Both the position numbers and the translations under genes were made by a program. Positions 27,319 to 35,644 of a DNA stretch of 35,644 nucleotides are shown piece after piece. The stretch comes from Desulfurococcales archaeon (lineage in GTDB: Archaea > Thermoproteota > Thermoprotei_A > Sulfolobales > NBVN01). The stretch is taken from positions 1 through 35,644 of the forward strand of contig JALWQN010000153.1 in the NCBI GenBank assembly GCA_027083115.1, read 5' to 3'. A model generated the notes under the pieces. That model saw nothing but the letters and a program-made list of their open reading frames with translations. It was not told where the DNA came from and did no database searches. The first letter of the stretch is position 1. Every line of letters starts with the position of its first letter.

Positions 27319-27795
27319 ATGAGCGAAGAAAAAAGCAAGTCCCCCGGTTCGGTTCGATACTTAGTTTTGAGGACTACTGCCAACCAGGAAATAAACGTTG
27401 CTTTAATGCTTGAGTCCGTAGCTAAAGGCATACCTAATAGTGGCCTTTATTCCATAATTGTCCCTCCCGAAATCAAGGGCTACATAATTCTTGAAGCTAA
27501 AGGGCTACATGTTGTGAATCGCTTAATAAGGGACATAAAGCACGTTAAAGGCAGCGCTATTGGTTCCTTAAGTGAGGCAGAGGTTGAGAGGTTAATTAAG
27601 ACAGTCTCGCCGATCGAGAAAGTTAGGCCTGGGGATATTGTTGAGATTGTTTCAGGTCCCTTCAAAGGCTTAAAAGCCAGAGTTGTATCAGTAGATATAC
27701 AGAAGAACCTCGTTACCGTAAGGATGCTTGAGGCCTCCTACAGCATGGAGGCTACCTTACCTGGTGATGATATAAGACCTGAAAAAAGGAAGTGA
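27319..27795 (+). CDS. spt5: Transcription elongation factor Spt5/NusG
   Basis: TTANQE, IKGYIILEA, KOW motif GDIVEIVSGPFKG. Confidence 0.95.
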   Translation: MSEEKSKSPGSVRYLVLRTTANQEINVALMLESVAKGIPNSGLYSIIVPPEIKGYIILEAKGLHVVNRLIRDIKHVKGSAIGSLSEAEVERLIKTVSPIEKVRPGDIVEIVSGPFKGLKARVVSVDIQKNLVTVRMLEASYSMEATLPGDDIRPEKRK

Positions 27796-27801
27796 TGTAA
27801 T

Positions 27802-28311
27802 ATGGTGTGGAAAACAGTAAAAGCAAAAATTAAGGGTGGTGAAGCAACTAACGAGCCACCATTAGGCCCTTCATTAGCTCAGTACGGGCTACCTGTGGAT
27901 GAGGTAATTTCGAAAATTAATGAACTTACTGAGCCTTTGAAGGGTATGGAAGTTTCAGTGAATATCTATTTCGATACAGAGACAAAGAACTATAGGGTTG
28001 AGGTTAAGTCTCCCTCAACATCATCACTACTTCTTAAGGTAGCAGGTGCCAGTAAACCCTCAGGTGACCCTGCCCACAATAAAGTAGGTGACTTATCACT
28101 TGATGACGTCATTAAGGTCACTTTAATGAAGAAACATGAGCTTACGGCTAAAACTCTGAAGGCTGCTGTCAAGACGGTTCTTTCCACGGCAGCTACAATA
28201 GGGTTAACAGTTAATGGTAAGGAACCTAAGGTAGTTATTAGTGAGGTTGTTGATGGGAAGCATGATGAGTTATTGCTTAAATATGATGAAGAATTCAGAA
28301 AAGGTAGGTGA
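27802..28311 (+). CDS. rpl11: 50S ribosomal protein uL11
   Basis: GGEATNEPPLGPSL, PSTSSLLLK and AAVKTVLSTAATIG motifs. Confidence 0.95.
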   Translation: MVWKTVKAKIKGGEATNEPPLGPSLAQYGLPVDEVISKINELTEPLKGMEVSVNIYFDTETKNYRVEVKSPSTSSLLLKVAGASKPSGDPAHNKVGDLSLDDVIKVTLMKKHELTAKTLKAAVKTVLSTAATIGLTVNGKEPKVVISEVVDGKHDELLLKYDEEFRKGR

Positions 28312-28316
28312 ATGGT

Positions 28317-28958
28317 ATGCCATTAACTAAGGAAGTACTGGAGGAAGCTATAAGGAAAGCTATTGAGTTAGGTGCTGGGAGAGGGTTTAAGCAGTCGGTG
28401 GAGCTGCAGGTTGTTTTTAGGGGTGTAAGCCCTAAGGATCCTGAAATAAAGTTCAGGGAAGCTGTGTACCTTCCTAAAGGCTCTGGAAAGCCCTCTAAAG
28501 TGTTAGTTGTCGCTGATGGGGATATGCTTCTGAAGGCTAAGGAAGCAGGAATAACTGCATACCGAGGTGATGAAGTGAAGTCCATGAGTAGGAGGCAAAT
28601 CAAGAAGTTAGCTAGGGAGTTCGATTGGGTTTTAGTGAGGGCTGACTTAATGGCTCAGATGGGAAGGATATTAGGCCCTGCACTAGGTCCTAGAGGTAAG
28701 GCCCCAGTGCCTTTGCCTGTGAATGCAGACATAGCGTCTTTAGTTAAGCGGTACTCGCAGAGTGTGAGATTAAGGAATAAGGAGCAAGCTTGGGTAGGTT
28801 GCCGGATTGGGACTGAGGACATGGATCCTGGTGACCTGGCTGAGAATGCTTTAGCTGTTATAGAAAAGATTAAAGCCAAATATAAAAGGCCTTTCGAAGC
28901 AACAACAAAACTATATATTAAAACAACCATGGGTTTACCGATAGAGGTGTTCACGTGA
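28317..28958 (+). CDS. rpl1: 50S ribosomal protein uL1
   Basis: FKQSVEL, LGPALGPRGKAP and YIKTTMG motifs; ATG 28317 follows SD AGGTGA. Confidence 0.96.
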   Translation: MPLTKEVLEEAIRKAIELGAGRGFKQSVELQVVFRGVSPKDPEIKFREAVYLPKGSGKPSKVLVVADGDMLLKAKEAGITAYRGDEVKSMSRRQIKKLAREFDWVLVRADLMAQMGRILGPALGPRGKAPVPLPVNADIASLVKRYSQSVRLRNKEQAWVGCRIGTEDMDPGDLAENALAVIEKIKAKYKRPFEATTKLYIKTTMGLPIEVFT

Positions 28959-30031
28959 TGAAGGTATCTACGAAGGCATCGTTAAGTAGGGCTTTAAGAT
29001 ACCTGCAAAGCTATAACGTGTCGAAAACCCAGAGATTGAGGGAAGCAATAAGACGTAAGCAAGAATTGGTTAATGAAGTTAAGGGACTCCTGAAGAAATT
29101 CAGGTCTGTTGCGATAATTTCTTTAGAGAATGTGCCTTCACATCAGTACAACCTGATTAAGGGCGAAATAAGGAAGTACGGAATCGTGAAGGTATATAAA
29201 AACAATGTTTTCTTTCGGGCAGCGAAGGAACTAGGTATTGAAGGAATTGAGGAACTCTCTAAGCACCTCACAGGAATTAATGCTTTTCTCTTCACTAACT
29301 CCAATCCTTACGAAATCGCTTTAATTATTGAGAAAATAGTTGCTCCAAGGTATGCTAAGCCGGGGGATAAGGCAGAGAGCGATATTTATGTGCCTGAGGG
29401 ACCTACAGGAATACCTCCAGGCCCTATGCTCTCGGTGTTTGGGAAACTGAAAATAAGGACTCAAGTGAGGGAAGGAATTATTTGGATAGCTAAAGAAACT
29501 AAGGTCGCGAAAGCGAGTGACGAAATAAGCCCAGAGCTATCATCTCTTCTAAGGAAGCTTGATATTAAACCAATAATGGTTAGGTTATCCCTGAAGGCTG
29601 TTTGGGAGGAAGGGAAGGTTTATTCTTCAGACGACCTCAAGATAGATATTGATACTTTCAAGAACGAAGTCCTTAAGGCTGTGTCTATAAGTAAGGAACT
29701 GGCTATCGAGACAGCAATGCCTTTACCGGATATTTTACCGCAAATCCTTGCTAGAGCCCATAGGAGAGCCCTCTTACTTGCTAGTGAAGCAGGTTTCATA
29801 ACTCCAGAAACCGCAGCTGAAGTCATTAGGACAGCTGTAGCTAAGGCGCTAACTTTAGCTATTGAGGTAAAGCAGAAAGTACCTGATATTGGAATTGAGG
29901 TTGAGGTTCACGCTTACCAACCTCCTTCCAAGGTAGAGCATAAAAAAGAGGAGAAGGAAGAAGAGGAGGAAGAGAAGAAAGAAGTTAGTGAGGAAGAGAT
30001 AGCTGAAGGCATATCTTCTCTCTTCGGTTAA
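28955..30031 (+). CDS. rpl10: 50S ribosomal protein uL10 (P0)
   Basis: AKPGDKA, GPTGIPPGP, acidic tail ending GISSLFG. Confidence 0.96.
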   Translation: MMKVSTKASLSRALRYLQSYNVSKTQRLREAIRRKQELVNEVKGLLKKFRSVAIISLENVPSHQYNLIKGEIRKYGIVKVYKNNVFFRAAKELGIEGIEELSKHLTGINAFLFTNSNPYEIALIIEKIVAPRYAKPGDKAESDIYVPEGPTGIPPGPMLSVFGKLKIRTQVREGIIWIAKETKVAKASDEISPELSSLLRKLDIKPIMVRLSLKAVWEEGKVYSSDDLKIDIDTFKNEVLKAVSISKELAIETAMPLPDILPQILARAHRRALLLASEAGFITPETAAEVIRTAVAKALTLAIEVKQKVPDIGIEVEVHAYQPPSKVEHKKEEKEEEEEEKKEVSEEEIAEGISSLFG

Positions 30032-30103
30032 CTTCTATTTTAAATCCTTTCTTCCGTTATTTCTTAGGTAATTTAAAATAATTTCATAGAGCTTACTCTA
30101 GAG

Positions 30104-32875
30104 GTGTCTGGAACGGGTGTCGTGAACCCTTCCGTATATAGGGTGAAGATGTTTAGTGAAAGAGGGTACGTAAGGCAAAAATGTAAGTATTGCGGAGAGT
30201 ATTTCTGGTCCCTACGGAGAAGAGATGATTGTGGTGACGCACCCTGCAGTGACTACACGTTCTTCAGGCTGAGCAAGTCCTTGCCTAGCCTCACTGTTCA
30301 AGAATCTAGGCAAAGATTCCTTAATTTCTTCAATAGGAAAGGTCATGAAATCATAGACCCATATCCGGTAGTGGCTAGATGGAGGGATGATCTCTACTTA
30401 ACGATAGCATCAATCATTGTTTTCCAACCTCATGTGACATCTGGTATGATGCCACCACCTGCAAACCCATTAGTCATCGCTCAACCATGCATAAGACTAG
30501 AAGATATCGATAGTGTAGGCTATACTTTCGGGAGGCACTTAACAAGCTTCATTATGGGTGGTCATCATGCCTTCAATTATCCTAAGAAGAAAGTTTACTT
30601 TAAGGATAAAACTGTAGAGCTCGCTATGGAGTTCTTTACAAAAGAAGTAGGGATACCTGAAGATGAACTCGTATTTAAGGAGTCATGGTGGGAAGGAGGA
30701 GGGAATGCAGGACCTTCCTTTGAGGTCACGGTTGGTGGGTTAGAGCTCGCAACCCTTGTCTTCATGATGTATGAGGTGAAGGACGGTAAGTACATTGAGA
30801 TGCCGATAAAGATAGTTGATACAGGTTATGGGATTGAAAGAATTTCGTGGTTCAGTCAGGGGGTCCCTACAGCTTTTCACGCAATATATGGGGACCTACT
30901 TAAGAAATACTATGATGTTTTGGGTCTTGAGGAACCGCCAATCGATCTGTTGCTTGATGCTGTAAGGCATTCAGGTAAGTTAAGCCCTAAAAATAAGAGG
31001 CTCTACATGAAGCTCAAGAAAGTGATTTCGGAAGACACTGGGTACAGTTTTAGTGAGGTCGGAAAATACTTGGATACTGCAGTGATGGTGTATGCTCTTC
31101 TCGATCACATAAAGACAGCTGAATTGATGCTGGCCGACGGTATTGTTCCTTCAAATACTGGGGAGGGGTATTTAGCTAGATTAATCCTGAGAAGAATATT
31201 CAGGATTCTTTCCTCCTTAGGTTCACTAAGTTCCATTAGTAACCTCCTAGAATTGCAGGCTAAGTATTGGGTGAGCTTATACCCCCAACTACTTAGGTCA
31301 CTTAATTACATTCTTGATGTAACCCAGCACGAATTAAGCAAGTTCAACGATGTGCTGAAGAGAGCCCCCAAAATAGTTAGTAAATACCTGAAGAAAGGCG
31401 AGACCGGCCTCACAATGGATGAGCTCATAGAGTTATACGACAGTCACGGTATATCTCCAGACATGGTTAAAGAAATAAGTAGTGGGTTAGGTCTAAAGAT
31501 AAGTGTGCCTGAGGACTTCTTCTCTAAGGTTGCCGCAAGGCATTCAACAGCACCTATAAAGAAAGTTAAGAAACTGCCTCTCCCTGACGACGTAGTTAAA
31601 GAGGCTAGCGGTTTCCCACCTACGGAACTCCTTTTCCATAAAGATCCGTACCTAAGGAAATTCAGGGCTAAAGTAATTTCAGTAATTAAATCTAGGTATG
31701 TAGTGCTGGATAAAACAGCCTTCTATCCGGAGGGAGGTGGTCAGGCACATGATGTGGGGTTCATTAAGGTTGATGGCTCAGGGATTGAGCTTAGGGTGGT
31801 GGATGTACAGAAGGTTAATGATGTAGTCATTCATGTTCTCGATGGTAAGGCGGACTTAATTAAAGGTAAGGAAGTTGTTGGAGAAATAGATTGGTTCAGG
31901 AGGTTTCCGCTAATGCGTCATCATACAGCCACCCACATAGTCCTTGGTGCTGCCAGAAAGGTTTTAGGGGATCACGTATGGCAGGCTGGAGCAGAGAAAA
32001 CACCTAAGAGAGCGAGGTTAGACATAACCCATTATAAACCAATAGATAAGGATGAATTAAAGCGGATAGAGGATTTAGCGAATAAGGTAATTCTCGAAGG
32101 AAGGGAGGTTAGGACCTACTACTTACCTAAGTATGAGGCAGAAAAGAAATATGGTTTCCGCCTTTATGAAGGGGGTGTCGTTCTTCAACCTGTTCTGAGG
32201 GTAGTTGAGATAGAGGGTTTTGATGCTGAAGCCTGCTTCGGAACTCACGTAACTAACACTAAGGACGTGGGAGCCATAAAAATAACCTCAGTGGATAGAA
32301 TAGCTGATGGTGTAGTACGTTTAGAGTATGTGGCTGGGACTGAAGTAGCGGAGTATGCTAGGGACTTAGAGGATAAAGTGAGTAAGGCATCCGAGATCTT
32401 GGGTGGGGACCTAATAGCTAGAAGCAAGTCAGTTATTCAGGAATTAAGTGAGCTGAAGGAAAAATTAAGGAGGTACTCGGGGCTCTATAAGGAAAGCCTA
32501 ATCAATAACCTAATGGCTAATGCCAAGCACATAAATAATCACAAACTAGTTGTAGGGGAGGTAAGTGCTGAAGATTCAGGCCTAGTTAAGGAAATCCTGA
32601 TGGAGGTATCAAGAAGATCCCCAGAAGTTGTTGCTGCCATCCTCATAAGAAGAAGGACTGGCTATCAGATAGAGCTGTCCTTAGGTGATCAAGCGGCGAA
32701 AAGCTATGACGCTAGCCAACTAATCAAGCGGATACTTAGATCAATAGGTGGTTCTGGTGGTGGGCAAAGAACTCACGCGAGCGGATTCATTAAATCTTTA
32801 TCCTCAACCATCGTCTCTCAGGTTAAGGATATTCTGATGAGGTTCCTTAAGCTCTCAGAGGATGCTAAGGCATGA
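30104..32875 (+). CDS. alaS: Alanine--tRNA ligase (archaeal type)
   Basis: ARWRDDLYLTIASI, DTGYGIER, FYPEGGGQ, editing HHTATH and CFGTH, C-terminal GGSGGG. Confidence 0.97.
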   Translation: MSGTGVVNPSVYRVKMFSERGYVRQKCKYCGEYFWSLRRRDDCGDAPCSDYTFFRLSKSLPSLTVQESRQRFLNFFNRKGHEIIDPYPVVARWRDDLYLTIASIIVFQPHVTSGMMPPPANPLVIAQPCIRLEDIDSVGYTFGRHLTSFIMGGHHAFNYPKKKVYFKDKTVELAMEFFTKEVGIPEDELVFKESWWEGGGNAGPSFEVTVGGLELATLVFMMYEVKDGKYIEMPIKIVDTGYGIERISWFSQGVPTAFHAIYGDLLKKYYDVLGLEEPPIDLLLDAVRHSGKLSPKNKRLYMKLKKVISEDTGYSFSEVGKYLDTAVMVYALLDHIKTAELMLADGIVPSNTGEGYLARLILRRIFRILSSLGSLSSISNLLELQAKYWVSLYPQLLRSLNYILDVTQHELSKFNDVLKRAPKIVSKYLKKGETGLTMDELIELYDSHGISPDMVKEISSGLGLKISVPEDFFSKVAARHSTAPIKKVKKLPLPDDVVKEASGFPPTELLFHKDPYLRKFRAKVISVIKSRYVVLDKTAFYPEGGGQAHDVGFIKVDGSGIELRVVDVQKVNDVVIHVLDGKADLIKGKEVVGEIDWFRRFPLMRHHTATHIVLGAARKVLGDHVWQAGAEKTPKRARLDITHYKPIDKDELKRIEDLANKVILEGREVRTYYLPKYEAEKKYGFRLYEGGVVLQPVLRVVEIEGFDAEACFGTHVTNTKDVGAIKITSVDRIADGVVRLEYVAGTEVAEYARDLEDKVSKASEILGGDLIARSKSVIQELSELKEKLRRYSGLYKESLINNLMANAKHINNHKLVVGEVSAEDSGLVKEILMEVSRRSPEVVAAILIRRRTGYQIELSLGDQAAKSYDASQLIKRILRSIGGSGGGQRTHASGFIKSLSSTIVSQVKDILMRFLKLSEDAKA

Positions 32876-33558
32876 GTTACGCAAGGGCTTTAAGGCATGA
32901 AGTGCTTAGGGCTGCCGAAGACTACAGGTACCTGCTGGATAGGGGCTATAATCCTTCAAGCGCTCTAGACCTAATTACCTCCAGATATCTATTGAGTAGA
33001 GAAGAAAGGGTTCTTCTTTACAGGTGTGTCCACTCCAGCGAAGACGCCGCTGAAATCATCAGCAAGGTAGTTGACTCAAGCGAGATTAAAGGTAAGGAAT
33101 TAGTTGTTGATGGGTATAACGTAATCCTGACTGTGGCCTCAGGCGTTGAGGGAAGGACCTTATATCTTTGTGACGACACATTCGTTAGGGACTTGAGGAG
33201 CGTTAAAGTAAGGAACTTCTCTTCCTCCTCGCTGCTGACAGCAATAAAACTAATATCTGAGAAGGTTGAGGAGCTGAAGCCCTTAAGAATCACGCTTTTC
33301 TTAGATAGGAACGTCAGTTGGAGCGCAAGACATGCGGAAGCCATTAAGCAAGAAATCCGTAAGAACGTGGACGTTATCCTAGCAAGTAAGGCAGACACCT
33401 CAGTCATTAAGGAGGGGGGAATAGCCTCAAGCAGTGACTACCTAATACTGGAGAAATCCAGTCACGTGTACGATTTAGCTGGGGAAATAATAAAAACAAA
33501 ATACAGGAAGCAATTAAATACAGCAATATACTCCCTTTTCATTAATTCTCAAAGATAG
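32872..33558 (+). CDS. DUF434-family protein (PIN/NYN-like acidic motifs)
   Basis: DYRYLLDRGY, VVDGYNVILT, CDDTFVRDL, FLDRNVSWS and SSSDYLI motifs; 4-nt overlap with alaS. Confidence 0.82.
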   Translation: MSYARALRHEVLRAAEDYRYLLDRGYNPSSALDLITSRYLLSREERVLLYRCVHSSEDAAEIISKVVDSSEIKGKELVVDGYNVILTVASGVEGRTLYLCDDTFVRDLRSVKVRNFSSSSLLTAIKLISEKVEELKPLRITLFLDRNVSWSARHAEAIKQEIRKNVDVILASKADTSVIKEGGIASSSDYLILEKSSHVYDLAGEIIKTKYRKQLNTAIYSLFINSQR

Positions 33559-33626
33559 TGCCGGCCTTACAAGCAAAAATAAAATTTAAAGAACCTTAAT
33601 GAACAAAGAATCGGGCTTCAAACTAA

Positions 33627-33704
33627 GGGCCCGTCGCCCAGCCAGGATAGGGCGCCGGCCTTCTAAGCCGGTTGTCGCGGGTTCAAATCCCGCCGGGCCC
33701 GCCA
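33627..33704 (+). tRNA. tRNA-Arg(UCU), intact, integration target
   Basis: GGGCCCG acceptor stem, CCGGC-CTTCTAA-GCCGG, T-arm GCGGGTTCAAATCCCGC, CCA. Confidence 0.96.
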
Positions 33705-33733
33705 CATAAATTACTCCTTATATAAGTCATTAG
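33656..33733 (+). repeat. 78-bp direct repeat, copy 1 (att-like)
   Basis: 3' part of tRNA-Arg from the anticodon stem plus 29 nt downstream; 75/78 identical to 35441..35518. Confidence 0.93.
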
Positions 33734-33985
33734 TCGTCTCTGTCTGATAAGTTTACTACATCAGAGAATTGAAAAACTATTGGAACCAGATATAGTTTGA
33801 AGTATAATAAATTAATGTTAGGGGTGGTGGTTCGAAAACCCCCGAAGGCGAATATTACATCTTAGGGGCGTCGTCCTTTATTAGCTGGTATTGTCTTATT
33901 AATTCTCCATTTACCTTTACGAGATTACAGCTTTTTGGGTGAGTGGAAGGGATAACTGTTATATGCGTGTGGCAGAAAATATTAT

Positions 33986-34573
33986 GTGGGATGGAGTGTG
34001 CGTGGTTTGGAGAGAACTATTAGAAGCATCTTTTTGGAGCTCGAGCACCTGGGTTATGAACCAGTGATTGTTGGCACTTATGCGTTGATAGTTCAGGGCT
34101 GGCTTCCACCTACATACTTGGATGAAACTAAAGATGTTGACATATATGTGGACGAGCCTATGGTTGTGTTTGATGAGAGGGTTGAGGAGAGAATGCTGGC
34201 CCTTGGTCTTAGTGTTGGGAGGTCGGAGTCAGGTGGCCTCTACATAGAGGCAGGCAAACCCGTAGAAATCGTATACCCTATTCATGACTTCTTCGTTCCA
34301 AGAACTTTACTTAAACATGTAGTAAGGGTTGAAAGGCTGAGAGTGATTGAGGGACACGCCGCACTCGTAGCTAAAGCCCTAGGCTCACCTATTGAGCACT
34401 TAGCTCCCACCATTAAGGCAATAGGTATTAAAGTTGATATTCAGAGTCTACGTAATCTTCTTAGGAGCATCGCCAGTGATGTAGAGCCTTCAAGGTATAT
34501 GGTTGCGAGAAGGCGAGTAGAGGCCTTCATCAATGAAATGTTTCCGGTAAAGAGGGAGGGTGATACAAAATGA
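33986..34573 (+). CDS. Pol-beta-superfamily nucleotidyltransferase, AbiEii/DUF2204-like
   Basis: VIVGTYAL...ETKDVDIYV matches the hhhG[GS]xA...T.DhDh signature, with a later VEIV strand and ALVAKA helix. Confidence 0.75.
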   Translation: MGWSVRGLERTIRSIFLELEHLGYEPVIVGTYALIVQGWLPPTYLDETKDVDIYVDEPMVVFDERVEERMLALGLSVGRSESGGLYIEAGKPVEIVYPIHDFFVPRTLLKHVVRVERLRVIEGHAALVAKALGSPIEHLAPTIKAIGIKVDIQSLRNLLRSIASDVEPSRYMVARRRVEAFINEMFPVKREGDTK

Positions 34574-35178
34574 AGGTTGACCTCGGTGCCTTTGTGTCTG
34601 CCCTTAAAGGTTGGACGCTATGTATTAACGAAACTAGATGCGATTGCATGATATGTGTCCGCTTACCTGATTGGGCAGGGAATCTTGGTGAGCATGAGAA
34701 GGTTTATCTGGCCCTCTACATTACGTCCAAGCACCTACTCGACTATAGATTAACTGCCTCCATGCACATCTACTTGGTAAGGAACAAGGTCGCATTAAGG
34801 CCAGAAATATTGACAAAAGCCCTCAGAGATGCTAAAGTAGTTTCTAAAATCCCACGAGCCATAGAGGAGGAGAGCCCCTACGTATGGGAGGCAGTGCTCT
34901 ATAAGGGAATACTCTATGCGGAACAGATACTGAGCCTTGGCAAGCCTATCATAGTCAAGGTGGAGCCACCGAGGGATAAGCGTGCCCGTGAGAGACTAAG
35001 AGTGCTACTTGAGGGAAAGAGGGTAACCATCAAGGGCAGAACCTACCATGTTGGGGGGCTAACCAAAAAGCTCGGTGGTCAAAGAATAGCGCCCTGGGCA
35101 TATCTACTGCCCAGGAGGAATGTGCCAAAACTACTTAAGCAAGTGAAGTCAAGAGCACGGATCAACGTGGCAGGATGA
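34570..35178 (+). CDS. Hypothetical protein; basic C-terminal domain possibly Cas2/VapD-like
   Basis: 202-aa ORF with SD GAGGGTGA and ATGA overlap with the NTase gene. The fold idea is pattern inference only. Confidence 0.7.
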   Translation: MKVDLGAFVSALKGWTLCINETRCDCMICVRLPDWAGNLGEHEKVYLALYITSKHLLDYRLTASMHIYLVRNKVALRPEILTKALRDAKVVSKIPRAIEEESPYVWEAVLYKGILYAEQILSLGKPIIVKVEPPRDKRARERLRVLLEGKRVTIKGRTYHVGGLTKKLGGQRIAPWAYLLPRRNVPKLLKQVKSRARINVAG

Positions 35179-35199
35179 GATACTATGTGAGAAGAAACC

Positions 35200-35440
35200 T
35201 TAGCATATACTTCTGAAACAATCGGAAAGCACTAAACGATAAACAGAGTTATTCTTGGCAAAAGCGTGCAAACTCCTATGCATTGGGAAATCTAAATATA
35301 GCACTGACACCATACGCTCAATCCAATTAGGAGGTATAATTATGTATCCATCCCAAAACTCAAGCCTTTTCAGCTTCCTCATCATTTTTACTCTTTGTCT
35401 CCATTTAGATTAGAAGTAGATGCACTACTTTATGTGGTTT
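35200..35440 (-). pseudogene. Possible decayed C-terminal integrase fragment
   Basis: A 61-aa ORF lies in frame, through two stops, with the antisense reading of the att repeat, at the position expected for SSV-type int(C). No clear catalytic motif. Confidence 0.25.
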
Positions 35441-35518
35441 CGGCCTTCTAAGCCGGTTGTCGCGGGTTCAAATCCCGGCGGGCCTGCCACATAAATTACC
35501 CCTTATATAAGTCATTAG
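35441..35518 (+). repeat. 78-bp direct repeat, copy 2 (partial tRNA-Arg, att-like)
   Basis: cggccttctaagccggttgtcgcgggttcaaatcccggcgggcctgccacataaattaccccttatataagtcattag; lacks the tRNA 5' half; 3 substitutions versus copy 1. Confidence 0.93.
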
Positions 35519-35644
35519 CAAGACTATTGGTGAAAATTACTTCGGAAGCTAATTATTGGGTGACGTCTTTTAGTGCGTCATGAGGATAGCAGATTCTTTA
35601 GGATTTGCCCTTCCTTCATTACGAGCACTATATTATCCTTATTC

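Larger units (their letters stand above)
33656..35518. mobile_element. Small (about 1.8 kb) integrated element or remnant at tRNA-Arg(UCU)
   Basis: Bounded by a duplicated tRNA 3' half; contains two non-housekeeping genes; no intact integrase. Confidence 0.85.

Noticed and set aside
890-33407. Many antisense or alternate-frame ORFs in the track (e.g. 890..1129, 2734..3219, 7368..7571, 7782..8192, 16964..17416, 18645..19058, 33018..33407)
   Set aside because: They overlap well-supported conserved genes, carry no recognisable motifs and look like shadow ORFs.
33820-33850. ggggtggtggttcgaaaacccccgaagg, resembling a tRNA T-arm or a repeat unit
   Set aside because: Single copy, imperfect stem and no surrounding cloverleaf; too weak to call.
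35441-35489. A second tRNA-Arg gene or a split-tRNA 3' half
   Set aside because: It lacks the 5' acceptor strand and D-arm, has stem-damaging substitutions, shares downstream flank with the intact copy, and shows no GC-rich leader for trans-splicing.
1-35644. CRISPR array, rRNA genes or IS elements
   Set aside because: No regularly spaced repeats, rRNA-like sequence, transposase ORF or terminal inverted repeats were seen by eye.

Overview
Archaeal chromosome segment, most likely crenarchaeal (Thermoprotei; Desulfurococcales-like gene order, GGTGA Shine-Dalgarno sites, many GTG/TTG starts). It is mostly translation housekeeping: the uL22-to-Cbf5 ribosomal superoperon, a BMP/CUT2-type ABC importer, nep1-rpp21-yhbY, the eS19-to-FtsY cluster, secE-spt5-uL11-uL1-uL10, alaS and five tRNA genes. 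The ORF track misses an intein-containing rtcB at the left edge, a 22-nt BHB-type pre-mRNA intron in the catalytic Asp codon of cbf5, three tRNA introns, uS14, eL39, secE, a probable CUG start codon and a candidate box C/D sRNA. The only clearly accessory DNA is a ~1.8 kb element bounded by 78-bp direct repeats at tRNA-Arg(UCU). It carries an AbiEii/DUF2204-like nucleotidyltransferase coupled to an unknown protein with a possible Cas2/VapD-like C-terminal domain, and is the best candidate here for an undescribed system. All family assignments come from motif recognition by eye; no searches were run.
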